A DNA stretch of 64,000 bases from Candidatus Obscuribacteraceae bacterium. GTDB lineage: Bacteria; Cyanobacteriota; Vampirovibrionia; Obscuribacterales; Obscuribacteraceae. A program made the translations under genes and the position numbers. Below the pieces are notes generated by a model, which was not told where the DNA came from, made no database searches, and saw only the letters and a list, made by a program, of their open reading frames with translations. Shown here piece after piece: positions 21,142-31,767 of the stretch; position 1 is the stretch's first letter, and each line of letters opens with the position of its first letter. The stretch lies in the NCBI GenBank assembly GCA_044226015.1, contig JBGAHS010000004.1:224001-288000 (forward strand). The letters run 5' to 3'.

Positions 21142-21519
21142 ATGCCATTTCCTTACAAACAGCAGTCCAATGCAACCACTACCGAAAGGGTCATTGGCGC
21201 TTTGAGCTACTTAACATCTGGTCTTGCTGGACTTATTTACATAATTATTTCCCGGTCAAGCGCCCAGTCCAATTTTTTTCGATTCCATTTCCTGCAATCG
21301 ATTGTGCTGGGAATTATTTCGATTCTTTTGAGCTACAGCATCAGGGCTTTTGGGACAATCGCACCAGCCCTTGCCAGTATGCCTGGTGTTGGAACAGCCC
21401 TCTGGATAGGCGCTTCCGCCTTCAGCCTGGTCCCAATTTATGGACTAATCTTCTGTCTTCTTGGCAAGTACGCTGAAATACCATGGCTTTCGGATGTTGT
21501 GCGGAATCAGATGCGCTGA
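21142..21519 (+). CDS. Tic20/DUF4870-like small membrane protein
   Basis: ERVIGALSYL, FFRFHFLQSI, GKYAEIPWLSDVVRNQM; three hydrophobic segments. Confidence 0.75.
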   Translation: MPFPYKQQSNATTTERVIGALSYLTSGLAGLIYIIISRSSAQSNFFRFHFLQSIVLGIISILLSYSIRAFGTIAPALASMPGVGTALWIGASAFSLVPIYGLIFCLLGKYAEIPWLSDVVRNQMR

Positions 21520-21569
21520 TAAGCTTTGCTTGTGGTATGTAATTCCCAAGTGGAAGAAAGATCAAGTCT

Positions 21570-22436
21570 GTGGCTCAACCGGTAAGAACAAACAAAATAA
21601 TTTGCGTTGCTAACCAGAAGGGTGGCGTTGCGAAAACGACCACGGCGGCATATCTTGGTGCAGCGCTCGCACGCCTCAATAAGTATGTTTTGGTTATTGA
21701 TAGCGACCCCCAATGCAATCTCACCTACAGTATGGAACTGGATGAGAAGCAGCAAGAGCACGCGCTCGAAAATAATCTCGCCACCATATATGAATCTGGG
21801 CAGTCCGCCGATGAGTGTCTCGTCAGACTGAGAGACAATCTGACTTTGATCGCTGGCTCTTCGGACCTCGTAATGACTGAAATTACGATGGACAGCAATC
21901 CGCAGAGTCTTTCCTCTGACCCTGAACGAATCTTGCGCAACGCGCTTGCGCCGATGAAAAATCGTTTCGATTACACCATAATTGACTGCCCACCTAGCCA
22001 GGGTATGCTCACTCTAAATGCTCTTGTGGCCGCAGATTATGTGTTGATTCCATCGCTAGCTTCTGTGATCAGTTTGACTGGTTTGGAAAGAATGCTTGAA
22101 CAGATTCACGAAATCGTCCATGGTGATATGGCTTTGAACCCCGATTTGAAGCTGCTTGGTGTGCTAATCACTAGATTTAGAAAAGATAGAAACACCGAAC
22201 TCGAAATGGAAGCAAAATTGCGCTCCGCTGCCGAAGAATTCTTCGTGTTCAAAACTGTAATTCCCGACCGAAGTCAGTTTGGTTTAATGGGCGAACTGAA
22301 AACACAAACTGGCAAACATTTGATGGATCTATCCATGGTCAGCTACAGCTTGCTACCATACCTGACATTAGCTATGGAAGTCGAAAAAATGTTGCTGCCG
22401 AAGCCAGCTAAAGCTGGTGGAAACACTAATCAATAA
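21570..22436 (+). CDS. ParA/Soj family ATPase
   Basis: NQKGGVAKTTT deviant Walker A, IDSDPQCNLT, IIDCPPS, TLNALVAAD. Confidence 0.92.
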   Translation: MAQPVRTNKIICVANQKGGVAKTTTAAYLGAALARLNKYVLVIDSDPQCNLTYSMELDEKQQEHALENNLATIYESGQSADECLVRLRDNLTLIAGSSDLVMTEITMDSNPQSLSSDPERILRNALAPMKNRFDYTIIDCPPSQGMLTLNALVAADYVLIPSLASVISLTGLERMLEQIHEIVHGDMALNPDLKLLGVLITRFRKDRNTELEMEAKLRSAAEEFFVFKTVIPDRSQFGLMGELKTQTGKHLMDLSMVSYSLLPYLTLAMEVEKMLLPKPAKAGGNTNQ

Positions 22437-22475
22437 CATTGCTTCCCGCTAACAAAACGGGGTAGAAATAGAGAG

Positions 22476-24239
22476 ATGAGATCTGCAAGACGACGATATT
22501 CTCTCAGCATGTTGCTAGTGTTTTGCTTGCAACTTCAATTGCCTGTGTTCTCTGAAACCTACCTTGAGGCTTTCATGCGTGGGCGTAATCTTATGCAGGC
22601 TGGAGACGACGAAGGCGCAATCGCCGCTTATTGTATCGCCAAGGGATTGCTGAATTCGGGAAACAATAATGATGTTTCCACAGACCCCAGGTTGCCACTG
22701 GCGCGTCTTTATACGAAGTGCGGTCGTTATTCCGAGGCAGAGACGGAATATCAGGGGCTGATGAGTTATGGTGGCACACCAATCAAATATGAGTATGGAC
22801 AATTTCTGATGAATCAAGGGCGATTTGCAAGTGCAATGAGCATCTGGTCAGATTTGATCTCCCAAAACCCGAAGGATCCTATTCCTGTTTATGGGATGGC
22901 ACTGGCGCTAGAAGCCACTGACAGCCCTGATTCTGCAAAAGATTATTATCATCGCTGTGTGGACATGGCACCAAATTCGGAGCAAGCAGCTAATGCAAAA
23001 ATGAAGCTTGCTCGTCTTGATTCTGCGATTGAAAAACGTGATAGTGGTACTTTCTTTCCGGTTGACCCTGAGTACGGAGAGGGCGTTCTCGGCTGGTGGA
23101 GCCTTGAAAAAATGCCTCTGCATGTTTACATCGATGATGGTACCAATGTTCGCGGCTACCGTCCCGAAATGAAGAACTTCATTTATCGTGCGCTGGAAGA
23201 ATGGAGGCAAGCATCAAAAGGTCACATAACATTTGTGCTTGATCCGCCAGATCCGAAGGGAGAAGCAGCCTGGAGAGAAGCTTTTGGAAAGACTGACCCG
23301 CTTTTGAAAATGGAGTCAACAAAAATGCAGGCTCCGGAAGACCCTGTCATAACTAATATTCATGTGCATTGGACCGAGTCTCTCGGTGGTTTAGCTTTGG
23401 GACTAGCTTGGACGAGTGCTTACGGCAGTAAAATGAAAGGTAAAAAGCACGCGCTGAATTCGACTGCCCATATTTGGATAAATACAAATTCTCTGGCAGA
23501 CGGCAGCGCAATTCCTAAAATTACGGCTGCTAATACGGCCATTCTTGAGAAACAAAATCGTGTTATTTCTGAAGTATCAGTTCACGAATTTGGACATGTA
23601 CTCGGGCTGCCACATTCTTCAAATTCAAAGGACGTTATGTGTTCTGGCATATTCTCGCTGAACACTTCTGACCTGCTAGAGAGCCGCGCGCTTTCCGTGG
23701 GCGATATTCGCTCGTTAGCAGAACACTACAACAATTTCGAGGGGCGTGGATATCCTGCCTCTGCTATTTTGGTAGATGATGACGAAAAGGCTGATGATAA
23801 GCCATCGGAACTTAAGCCTCCGGCGGCTTCGGGGGGAGGTAAGGGGTCTTTTAAAGTTACTGCGCTGCCATCGACCGATTCAAGTTCTTCTGAAGCGAAA
23901 AAGAATCCTTCTCCAAATAACAAGGGGGCAGGCAGTCCCTATTCGATTCACATTCCGAGCCCACAAGAGTTAGCAAAAAAGAGGCTAGAGAAAGATCTCA
24001 ATGACGCCAATTTTGAAATCGAAACCAAGAATTACGCTGAAGCTATAACAAAGTTAGATAGCATTTTGCTACAGCAGCCTGCTAACCCGTCGGCTCATTA
24101 TATGAAGGCTGTAGCCTATGTTTATTTGAAAAATTACAAAGAAGCTCAAAAAGAATATGCTCTTGTGATTAAGGCTGCGCCGGGTTCGGCGCTTGCACAG
24201 AGAGCCAGTGAAGGGTTAGCCAAATTAAAGAACAATTGA
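22476..24239 (+). CDS. Secreted TPR protein with matrixin (metzincin) metalloprotease domain
   Basis: Signal peptide, N- and C-terminal TPRs, HEFGHVLGLPHS...DVM (Met-turn). Confidence 0.85.
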   Translation: MRSARRRYSLSMLLVFCLQLQLPVFSETYLEAFMRGRNLMQAGDDEGAIAAYCIAKGLLNSGNNNDVSTDPRLPLARLYTKCGRYSEAETEYQGLMSYGGTPIKYEYGQFLMNQGRFASAMSIWSDLISQNPKDPIPVYGMALALEATDSPDSAKDYYHRCVDMAPNSEQAANAKMKLARLDSAIEKRDSGTFFPVDPEYGEGVLGWWSLEKMPLHVYIDDGTNVRGYRPEMKNFIYRALEEWRQASKGHITFVLDPPDPKGEAAWREAFGKTDPLLKMESTKMQAPEDPVITNIHVHWTESLGGLALGLAWTSAYGSKMKGKKHALNSTAHIWINTNSLADGSAIPKITAANTAILEKQNRVISEVSVHEFGHVLGLPHSSNSKDVMCSGIFSLNTSDLLESRALSVGDIRSLAEHYNNFEGRGYPASAILVDDDEKADDKPSELKPPAASGGGKGSFKVTALPSTDSSSSEAKKNPSPNNKGAGSPYSIHIPSPQELAKKRLEKDLNDANFEIETKNYAEAITKLDSILLQQPANPSAHYMKAVAYVYLKNYKEAQKEYALVIKAAPGSALAQRASEGLAKLKNN

Positions 24240-25012
24240 GCAATGAATATCTGGTGTTAGAAAGAAAGGACGAGGAAATGCAAAATCTGCCGCTTATTGT
24301 TGCACATCGCGGAGGGCGCGATTGGGCTCCAGAAAATACAATGGCGGCTTTTCGCAAGACTGTCGCAGCAGGAGTCAAGGGAGTTGAGTTTGACGTACAT
24401 AGATGCTTGTCTGGTGAGTTGGTGGTGATTCATGATGATGACCTAAATCGCACCACCAATGGTGTTGGGCTCGTGAAAGAAAGCAGCTACGCTGAGCTTG
24501 TGCGACTCAGTGCCGGGCTTTGGTATGACAAAGAGTTTCGTGAAGAGCGTGTGCCGTTGTTGACCGAGGTGCTCGATCTATTTGATGAGGAAACCCTGAT
24601 TGATATCGAGATTAAGAATTCGCCAATCGGTTATGAAGGAATTGAAGAAGATTTGCTATCCGTTATTGAGCCCTATCGTCAAAGTCGTAGACTTTGCGTA
24701 AGTAGTTTTGATCATCGCTGCTTGAGGCGCCTTCGAGAGTTAGACTCGGAAATTGAAATCGGCGTACTTGCATCGGCATCTTTGCTCGACTTGAAAGAAT
24801 ACTGCGGCAAAGTCAACGCTGCTTTTTACATTCAGGACTATGATTGCTTGATGCCTGACGCGGTGCATGAGGCTCATGCTGCTGGTCTGAAAGTCATTGT
24901 TTGGACAGTCAACGATAAATACAAATGGCAGAAGCTGATTGACTTAGGCGTGTACGGTATCTGCACAGACACACCACAGGATCTCCAGCTCTACTATGAA
25001 AGCTTGAGCTGA
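24236..25012 (+). CDS. Glycerophosphodiester phosphodiesterase
   Basis: AHRGG..APENT, EFDVH, VVIHDD, IEIK, SSFD, WTVND, GICTDTP; true start may be ATG 24278. Confidence 0.92.
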   Translation: MSNEYLVLERKDEEMQNLPLIVAHRGGRDWAPENTMAAFRKTVAAGVKGVEFDVHRCLSGELVVIHDDDLNRTTNGVGLVKESSYAELVRLSAGLWYDKEFREERVPLLTEVLDLFDEETLIDIEIKNSPIGYEGIEEDLLSVIEPYRQSRRLCVSSFDHRCLRRLRELDSEIEIGVLASASLLDLKEYCGKVNAAFYIQDYDCLMPDAVHEAHAAGLKVIVWTVNDKYKWQKLIDLGVYGICTDTPQDLQLYYESLS

Positions 25013-25036
25013 CGGATTGTAAGTCTGGTTTCAAAC

Positions 25037-25573
25037 TTAAATATCGATTGCTTTAACAGGGCGCAAAATTCCCAATCGCAAAGTAATTTCCAACTTGGGA
25101 GGATTCACCAGGATTTTCTCGACAGGAAGATCTATGCCATGTTCGACAGCCGATAGACCTGCGATGTTGGTGAGAACGAGCCTATCTTTCTCTCTAGCGA
25201 CTTCAAATTTGATTTGCTCTTTCAATTTGATCAAATAACCAGACCAATTTGTTTGAGAGAAATGCACGTTGTAGAGCTTAATAACGTTGGACTGGCGCAC
25301 CACTTCTTTGAGATGGGCCGACAAAATATTTACCAATCCTGGAATCTCATCGTAGCTGCCAAACGTATCGAGAAGAACATGTTTCACCGATGAACCGTTT
25401 AGAGAAACATTTTCTGGTCGCTCATGGAGGAATCGAATAACAGCAGTGAAAGGATCGCTTGCTGTTTTGACAATGCGTTTTGCGGTATCAGTTATTTCTG
25501 CTATTTCCGCTTCGAGCTTTTGAAATTGCTTCGCTACGGAATCGCTTGGGTCGCCTGGGCAAGAGCAGCTCAC
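25037..25573 (-). CDS. Hypothetical protein
   Basis: 178-codon ORF filling the gap, GAGG before the GTG start; no family recognised. Confidence 0.6.
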   Translation of the reverse strand: MSCSCPGDPSDSVAKQFQKLEAEIAEITDTAKRIVKTASDPFTAVIRFLHERPENVSLNGSSVKHVLLDTFGSYDEIPGLVNILSAHLKEVVRQSNVIKLYNVHFSQTNWSGYLIKLKEQIKFEVAREKDRLVLTNIAGLSAVEHGIDLPVEKILVNPPKLEITLRLGILRPVKAIDI

Positions 25574-25877
25574 GTCTAATCCTCAAAAAGGGTTATAAGA
25601 TCGACTCTGAAGAACGGTATTTTAGGACCTCTTTGGTTCTATAAATATAGTGTGATACTAAAATGCACTCTTTGCAACAAAGTTGCCTTTTTTAGTCTGT
25701 CGGAAAGCGATTGTGCGGCAAGAACTTTCACGGCATGGTATGAAATGGAGCTGCCCAATTAATATTAATTCACTAAGAATGAAGCCCAGTAAAGGATTTA
25801 TTGCTCATGTCAAGCTAGCATATTAGCTTGCAAAGAAGCAGCGAGGAAGGCGCTTCTAGTTTCAGGAGGCTGAACGA

Positions 25878-26684
25878 GTGAAGAACAAGAAAGTAGCAGT
25901 CGTAATTCCGGCTCGCTATGCATCAACCCGATTTCCAGGAAAACCGCTAGTCGATATTGCTGGTATGACCATGATTGAGCGTGTCTACAAGCAAGCTCAG
26001 AAGGCTAAGTTGGTTGATGAGGTTCTTGTTGCAACTGACGATCAGCGCATTTTTGATAAGGTGCGTTCGTTCTCCGGGAATGTTCTGATGACCCGAAACG
26101 ACCACCCAACTGGTACCGATCGCCTTGCCGAAGTCGCAAGTGCGAGACCAGATGTCGATATCATTGTGAATGTCCAGGGTGATGAGCCGATGATCGACCC
26201 GGCTACCATCGATGCCGCTGTTCAGCCTTTGCTGGCAGACGACACGATGGATATGGGCACCATTTGTGCTCGCATAACTGATGCTGACGAGATCAACAGT
26301 AATACAATCGTCAAGGCTGTATTCGATGCCAGAGGAAAGGCTCTGTATTTTTCGAGACTACCAATTCCTTATTACCGCGAATCAGACGCGAATCAAAAAC
26401 ACTTTGCACATATTGGGCTCTATGTATATCGAACAGATGTGCTTTTGCGGTTGGCGTCTCTCGAGCCTACGCCGCTTGAGAAAGCTGAGGCGCTAGAGCA
26501 GCTCAGGGCGCTGGAAAACGGCATTTCTATCAGCGTTGTCGAAGTGGCACGCCGTTCTCCGGCAGTAGATCGTCCTGAAGACCTTGAAGCGGTGCTTGAG
26601 TGCGTTCGCCAGGCAGAATCGGCTCAGCCAGATCTGCCTCCGTTTGTTGCTGCTCCTGCTGCTGTCAACACAGGAACTAGATAA
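25878..26684 (+). CDS. kdsB: 3-deoxy-manno-octulosonate cytidylyltransferase
   Basis: IPARYASTRFPGKPL, TGTDR, NVQGDEP, ALYFSR, HIGLYVY, LEQLRALENG. Confidence 0.96.
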   Translation: MKNKKVAVVIPARYASTRFPGKPLVDIAGMTMIERVYKQAQKAKLVDEVLVATDDQRIFDKVRSFSGNVLMTRNDHPTGTDRLAEVASARPDVDIIVNVQGDEPMIDPATIDAAVQPLLADDTMDMGTICARITDADEINSNTIVKAVFDARGKALYFSRLPIPYYRESDANQKHFAHIGLYVYRTDVLLRLASLEPTPLEKAEALEQLRALENGISISVVEVARRSPAVDRPEDLEAVLECVRQAESAQPDLPPFVAAPAAVNTGTR

Positions 26685-26757
26685 GCAATTTCTCTAAAAC
26701 AAGCGAGCAAAGGCAAGTTCGTTTAGAATTTTGCTTAGTGAGTGTTTTGGGGTTGTC

Positions 26758-27546
26758 ATGCTAGCTAAGAAGATTCTTCCAGCTGTTCTGGTTTTCGCAG
26801 TTTCGCTTCCGAGCTGTTTTGGTGCTGGAACTGATTCGCGAGTGCCGCGTATGGCGCCAATCAACGGACTGGCTCCAACTATGCGTCCAATGGAAATGAA
26901 GAATCTGCCAGACTTCGCCAGCCATGCAAATGATCAGCCAACGCAGGACAATGGGCAAGGAACAGCACTGAGGGCTGGTGTTCAGTCAGCAACGCTTCCC
27001 ACTCAAACACACATGAAGTTGATTGTGGAGTATGCCGTTTCAGCGACCACAAGCCAGCCAGGCGATATTTTTGAAGGACACGTCAAAGAAGATATCTTTT
27101 TTGGCAGAACGCTGATTTTGCCTAGAGGCAGCTTGGTGCGCGGGCGAGTTGCTGAAGTGTCGAAACCTAGACTTCTTTCCAGGGCTGGAAAAATCGGCTT
27201 AAAGCTTGACCAGATTGATACGCCTACTGGTGAAGTGATACCGCTTGATGCAATGCTGGAGTTCCAAAAAGGCACCACCAATAAATCAGGTCAATTAGAC
27301 CCCGGCACCAATCTTGGTACCAGAGTAAATGCCAGCATCAGAACTGTGTCAGGAATGAACGAAACTGGTGCGGCTCGCGGTGCGCTCGTCGCAGCTAACG
27401 TTGCCACTCTTGGTGCACCAATAATCGCAACGGCTATAGGTAGTTCAGCAATTGGACTTTTCCGCTCTGGCGATAACATTAGCCTTCAACCCGGGCAAGA
27501 GCTGGAGATTCTGCTCACCAACGAACTCGGCGTTCAGGTGAACTAA
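26758..27546 (+). CDS. Exported protein with TrbI/VirB10-like beta domain
   Basis: Signal peptide; SATTSQPGDIF...LILPRGSLVRGRV...GKIGLKLDQI and LQPGQELEI pattern; glycine/alanine-rich hairpin. Confidence 0.6.
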   Translation: MLAKKILPAVLVFAVSLPSCFGAGTDSRVPRMAPINGLAPTMRPMEMKNLPDFASHANDQPTQDNGQGTALRAGVQSATLPTQTHMKLIVEYAVSATTSQPGDIFEGHVKEDIFFGRTLILPRGSLVRGRVAEVSKPRLLSRAGKIGLKLDQIDTPTGEVIPLDAMLEFQKGTTNKSGQLDPGTNLGTRVNASIRTVSGMNETGAARGALVAANVATLGAPIIATAIGSSAIGLFRSGDNISLQPGQELEILLTNELGVQVN

Positions 27547-27733
27547 GTCTTTATCGGCGTGTGTTTCAAATTGACCGAGATCTTCTAAGGCGGGCTCACA
27601 TGATCCGCGTGCATCGCTGCTTGCCTCCATTGGATCCATACCCCTTTGAAGATGCCCTGTAGCAAATTGATTGGGAACTTACCGAATGATGGTGTTCAAA
27701 AATTGGTGCGTGCTCAAAAATGACGAGCCGCGC

Positions 27734-28735
27734 TTACATCGTGGCGCCTTTGCGCTTCTTCTCTGCAATCTGTTTTTGCACCGAATTGATGTTTGCTGTG
27801 AAGGTCTGGTTGCCTGGGGAAAGTTCCTTAGCTTTGCGGAATTCTTGCAGCGCTTCTTCCGGATAGTTCTTTTGCAAGAACAGCACGCCGATGTTATTGT
27901 GCACCATTGGATCTCTCGGCTTCATCCGCATGCACATCTTGTACTCTTTGAGCGCATCTTCGAGTTTGCCTTCTTCAAGTAGTACGTTCGCTAGATTGTA
28001 TCTAGCTTCATAAGAAGCCCAGTTGTGTTGAAGCACCGCGCGTAGTTGCTCTTCTGCTCCCACATAATGCTTATGCTTTCTATGCAGTGCAGCAAGATTG
28101 ATGCGGACTTCATCCATATCTTTGTACTTCAGAATGTCCTGATAACGGCGAGCTGCGTATTTGTCCATTCCGACTAACTGGTAAACCAGTGCTTTCTTGT
28201 ACGAAGCTTCGTAATATCGTGGGCTCAACTCTAATGCTTTATTGAAAGCATCAAGCGCGAGCTGAAACTTCTTCATGCTGATGTATCTGCATCCAGCATC
28301 GTAATACATTTTGGGGTCGACCGTTCCGCCTGGATGTGAATCATCATGAGACATGTAAGCTTGTTCCCGAGCTTCTCTGTCGTCTTTTTCGATATCATCT
28401 GATTTCTCTCGATTGGCATCATGGTCATCCAAGTCTTCTTTTGGAGCCTGAGCCTTGTACTTCGAGGGGGCCGCTTCTTTGCCGGAAGCGCCTGCTGATG
28501 GTTCCATCTGCGAACTCGCTGCCACCGCTTTCGATGCTCTTGCGTCCGCTGCGTCCTTCAGGTTTTGTTCGCCATTGTCGATCAGTTCAGCTGGTTTTGC
28601 TGCGTCAGCGGCTTCTGAAATCGATTCTGTGTTCGCCGGCGCCGAGCTTGCCGAATTTTCACTTTTCGACGCATTCGCGCAGATGCCTAACTCTAGTATC
28701 GCCAGTATGGCTAAGAGAGCTACTGTTCTGGACAT
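27734..28735 (-). CDS. Exported TPR protein
   Basis: Signal peptide, acidic linker, about 5 canonical TPRs (ARYNLANVL, VHNNIGVLF). Confidence 0.85.
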   Translation of the reverse strand: MSRTVALLAILAILELGICANASKSENSASSAPANTESISEAADAAKPAELIDNGEQNLKDAADARASKAVAASSQMEPSAGASGKEAAPSKYKAQAPKEDLDDHDANREKSDDIEKDDREAREQAYMSHDDSHPGGTVDPKMYYDAGCRYISMKKFQLALDAFNKALELSPRYYEASYKKALVYQLVGMDKYAARRYQDILKYKDMDEVRINLAALHRKHKHYVGAEEQLRAVLQHNWASYEARYNLANVLLEEGKLEDALKEYKMCMRMKPRDPMVHNNIGVLFLQKNYPEEALQEFRKAKELSPGNQTFTANINSVQKQIAEKKRKGATM

Positions 28736-28867
28736 GCGATATGTCTCCTTCCGGCAGTGTTTTTGGTGCTATCGGGCGACTTTGAGTCCGATCGCGGCTC
28801 TGTCTATAATAGGGGAGTTTTCAACGGCTTGCCCGTCAAGAGTTCTAATCTAAATAGCGAAGTATAT

Positions 28868-29524
28868 ATGGCACTAACCCTGAAGCATAACTATCCTGGG
28901 AAACTCGTAGTCGTTGAGGGCGTGGATGGTTCGGGTAAATCAACTCAACTTAATCTTTTGCGCAACTGGTTGGAAGACAAAGGGCAGAAGGTGATTTTCA
29001 CTGAATGGAATTCTTCTAAGCTTATTTCTGAGACGATAAAAGAGGCAAAACGGAGCAACACGCTCATTCCCGTGACTTTTAGTCTTCTTCATGCGACAGA
29101 CTTTGCTGACCGAATGGAGAACGTGATTAAGCCCGCCCTTAAAGCCGGTTTAACTGTTCTGGCTGATCGCTATTGTTTCACCGCCTTTGCTCGTGATGTC
29201 GCCCGTGGTGTTGACCGAGACTGGGTTCGAAGTCTATATGGCTTTGCTATCAAGCCTGATGCAGCTTTTTACTTTCAGGTTCCTATCGAAGTTTCCCTGC
29301 AGCGAATTTCGGCAAGTCGTGCCCCGGGATTTTACGAAGCCGGCATGGACATAGGGCTTTCGAAGGATCCACACGCATCCTTTCAGATGTTCCAGAGTCG
29401 AGTCATCGCTGAGTATGACGGCATGGTGCAAGAATTCGGGTTGAATCTTATGCACGCCACTGAGTCAATTCACGACCAGCAAGTTGCTTTTCGCCAGAAG
29501 GTTTCGAAAATTTTCTTTCCATAA
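28868..29524 (+). CDS. tmk: Thymidylate kinase family protein, first paralog
   Basis: PGKLVVVEGVDGSGKSTQ P-loop, LADRY. Confidence 0.85.
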   Translation: MALTLKHNYPGKLVVVEGVDGSGKSTQLNLLRNWLEDKGQKVIFTEWNSSKLISETIKEAKRSNTLIPVTFSLLHATDFADRMENVIKPALKAGLTVLADRYCFTAFARDVARGVDRDWVRSLYGFAIKPDAAFYFQVPIEVSLQRISASRAPGFYEAGMDIGLSKDPHASFQMFQSRVIAEYDGMVQEFGLNLMHATESIHDQQVAFRQKVSKIFFP

Positions 29525-29560
29525 AAGTGCTCTCGCTCGTTTTATCGCTTTTAGAATTAG

Positions 29561-30316
29561 TTGCCACCATATTCACTTGAGGAACTCCACGTGCCGGAAC
29601 CATACCCCGGAAAATTAGTTGTGATAGAAGGAACCGACGGCGTCGGACGCAGCACCCAGGTTGAGATGCTGAAGCGCTGGTTGGAAATCGAAGGTTATGG
29701 GGTTGTCGTTTCTGAATGGAAATCATCTCGATTGATTGCGAATGCTATCGACAAAGCAAAGTCCAACAACGCGCTGAATACTATTACGTTTTCACTTTTG
29801 TATGCCACTGATCTGGCCGAGCGTCTGAATCGCGAAATTATTCCAGCTTTAAAAGCCGGTTTTATTGTCATCGCAGATCGTTATATTCATACAGCTTTCG
29901 CTCGTGATGTTGTTCGCGGAGCTGATGCAGCCTGGGTTCGTAAGGTATATGGCTTCGCCCCAGCGCCTGACCGTGTGTTCTATATGAAGATGCCCATCGA
30001 TGATTTGTTGAGGCGAATAATCAGCAACAAGGGTGGACTCGACTTTTATGAATCAGGTAGAGACATGGGAATGTCCTCTGACTTGTACCAATCATTCAAG
30101 TTGTATCAATCAAAAATCGTGCACGAATACGAGAAGATGATTGACGAGTTTCAGTTCAAAGTAATTGATGCTGGGCAGCATCAACAGCACGTGCAAAAGA
30201 TATTGCGAGCCAATTTGAAGTTGTTGCTTGGACATAATGAAGTTACGGTAGACCCACATGTGTATGTTCGCGACCACAATTCGTTGATGGATTTTCGCCC
30301 AACGAATCTGACATAG
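29561..30316 (+). CDS. tmk: Thymidylate kinase family protein, second paralog
   Basis: PGKLVVIEGTDGVGRSTQ (Lys to Arg P-loop), IADRY; colinear similarity to the first copy. Confidence 0.8.
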   Translation: MPPYSLEELHVPEPYPGKLVVIEGTDGVGRSTQVEMLKRWLEIEGYGVVVSEWKSSRLIANAIDKAKSNNALNTITFSLLYATDLAERLNREIIPALKAGFIVIADRYIHTAFARDVVRGADAAWVRKVYGFAPAPDRVFYMKMPIDDLLRRIISNKGGLDFYESGRDMGMSSDLYQSFKLYQSKIVHEYEKMIDEFQFKVIDAGQHQQHVQKILRANLKLLLGHNEVTVDPHVYVRDHNSLMDFRPTNLT

Positions 30317-30409
30317 ACGAGGTCCCAGAAAGCAGGCTGGAAACCTGCGCCCCAGGTCAAAGCAGGGGCTGGAAGTCTCCACTCTCAGGGGGAGAGCAAG
30401 AATATAGCG

Positions 30410-31705
30410 TCAGCGCTTTCTGGTTCTAATACTCTTCAGTCTGTCTTCTAATTCGCTTACTTCAGTTTCGGCATTCTGTTTCTTACATAGCTCGAGATAT
30501 TCTTTGAGGACTTTGCCTAGAAGTGGGTGATTGGAGCCAAAGGCGTTCTCTCGGTATTTGATTGTCTCATCAAAAAGTTTCTTTGACTCTTCAAAGCGTC
30601 CTTGCTCTCGATATAACTTTGCGAGTTCAAACATGGTTTCGTGTGTCTGCGGAGATTTGTATTTTTGTCGAATTCGTAGTGATTCTGTCAAATCTTTTTC
30701 GGCGGCTTCAAGATTTCCTGTTGCGCAGAGCGCGTTTCCGCTATTGCAGAGAACTGCGCTCCAGATTCGATGATTCATTTTTGCAAGATTTATTTCTTCG
30801 CCGATTTTCTTTGCCTTTATGCAATTTTCGGCACCTTCTTGAGTGTTGCCTGCGCACAGGTGCGTATAGCCCAAGTTTGTGTACCCGGTTGCTGCCTCGC
30901 GACTCAATTCGCCAAAAGCCTCAAGCTTTATATCTAGCGATTTCTTGTAAAGCTCAAGAGCCGCTGCTTCTTCGCCGGCTTCTTCAAAGCAGCTTGCTGT
31001 GTTGTTTAGAATCATACCTAGCGAAATTGTGTCCTGCTTCTTAACGAATGGATTAGTCTCGTTGGCGAGAAGCCGTTCTTGCATTTTGATTGCTTTATTA
31101 CCAGCTTCCAAAGCTGCATCCATCTTTCCCATTTTTGAATGAGTTGCCGCTACATCAGCCAATGTGGCGGCTATCTGGCGAGGGTCAGCATCACTTGATT
31201 CCATTTCATGAATTGCTTCTTTCATAACTGATTCTGACTTGGAGTATTCTCCTTGAACTGATAAAGCCGTACCTAACAGTACCTTTGCTTTGGCTATGGA
31301 CAGGCGATAGCTAGGTTTGTATTTTTCAAGAAATCCTATTAACTCGTAGCTCTCCTTGACGGCATCCTGGGTTTCTTCAAGGAAGATTAGCGCGCTAATT
31401 TCGGTCTGCATGTAATTGTGCAGGCTTAAACTCAATGGGTTTGCAGGAATGAGATTCAAAATGCGAGCCATGAAAACGGCGTTCGATGCACAGAACGCCA
31501 TCAGCTTGTACCGCCGTTGCATACAAAAAATCATTGACGCCATATGAAGCCAACCTGGCATCAGCAAGAAGACTAATACGGCGTTTCCAATGACCCGTCC
31601 TTGCCAGTATGAATTGGGGAGGATGTTGAAAATCACGAGCGTGACAAAAACGAGTGTGCTGGCTTGTGCTCGCTTCGTTTGGTCTGATATCTCTTCGGAG
31701 TCCAA
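30410..31705 (-). CDS. Membrane-anchored TPR protein
   Basis: N-terminal hydrophobic helices; TPRs such as ILNNTASCF...ALELYKKSLDIK. Confidence 0.75.
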   Translation of the reverse strand: MDSEEISDQTKRAQASTLVFVTLVIFNILPNSYWQGRVIGNAVLVFLLMPGWLHMASMIFCMQRRYKLMAFCASNAVFMARILNLIPANPLSLSLHNYMQTEISALIFLEETQDAVKESYELIGFLEKYKPSYRLSIAKAKVLLGTALSVQGEYSKSESVMKEAIHEMESSDADPRQIAATLADVAATHSKMGKMDAALEAGNKAIKMQERLLANETNPFVKKQDTISLGMILNNTASCFEEAGEEAAALELYKKSLDIKLEAFGELSREAATGYTNLGYTHLCAGNTQEGAENCIKAKKIGEEINLAKMNHRIWSAVLCNSGNALCATGNLEAAEKDLTESLRIRQKYKSPQTHETMFELAKLYREQGRFEESKKLFDETIKYRENAFGSNHPLLGKVLKEYLELCKKQNAETEVSELEDRLKSIRTRKR

Positions 31706-31767
31706 TTTTGTGCCTCGGCCGCTGCCACGATTATGGCAGGTTTAGGCTTGCCTTGCATTGTGCAATC

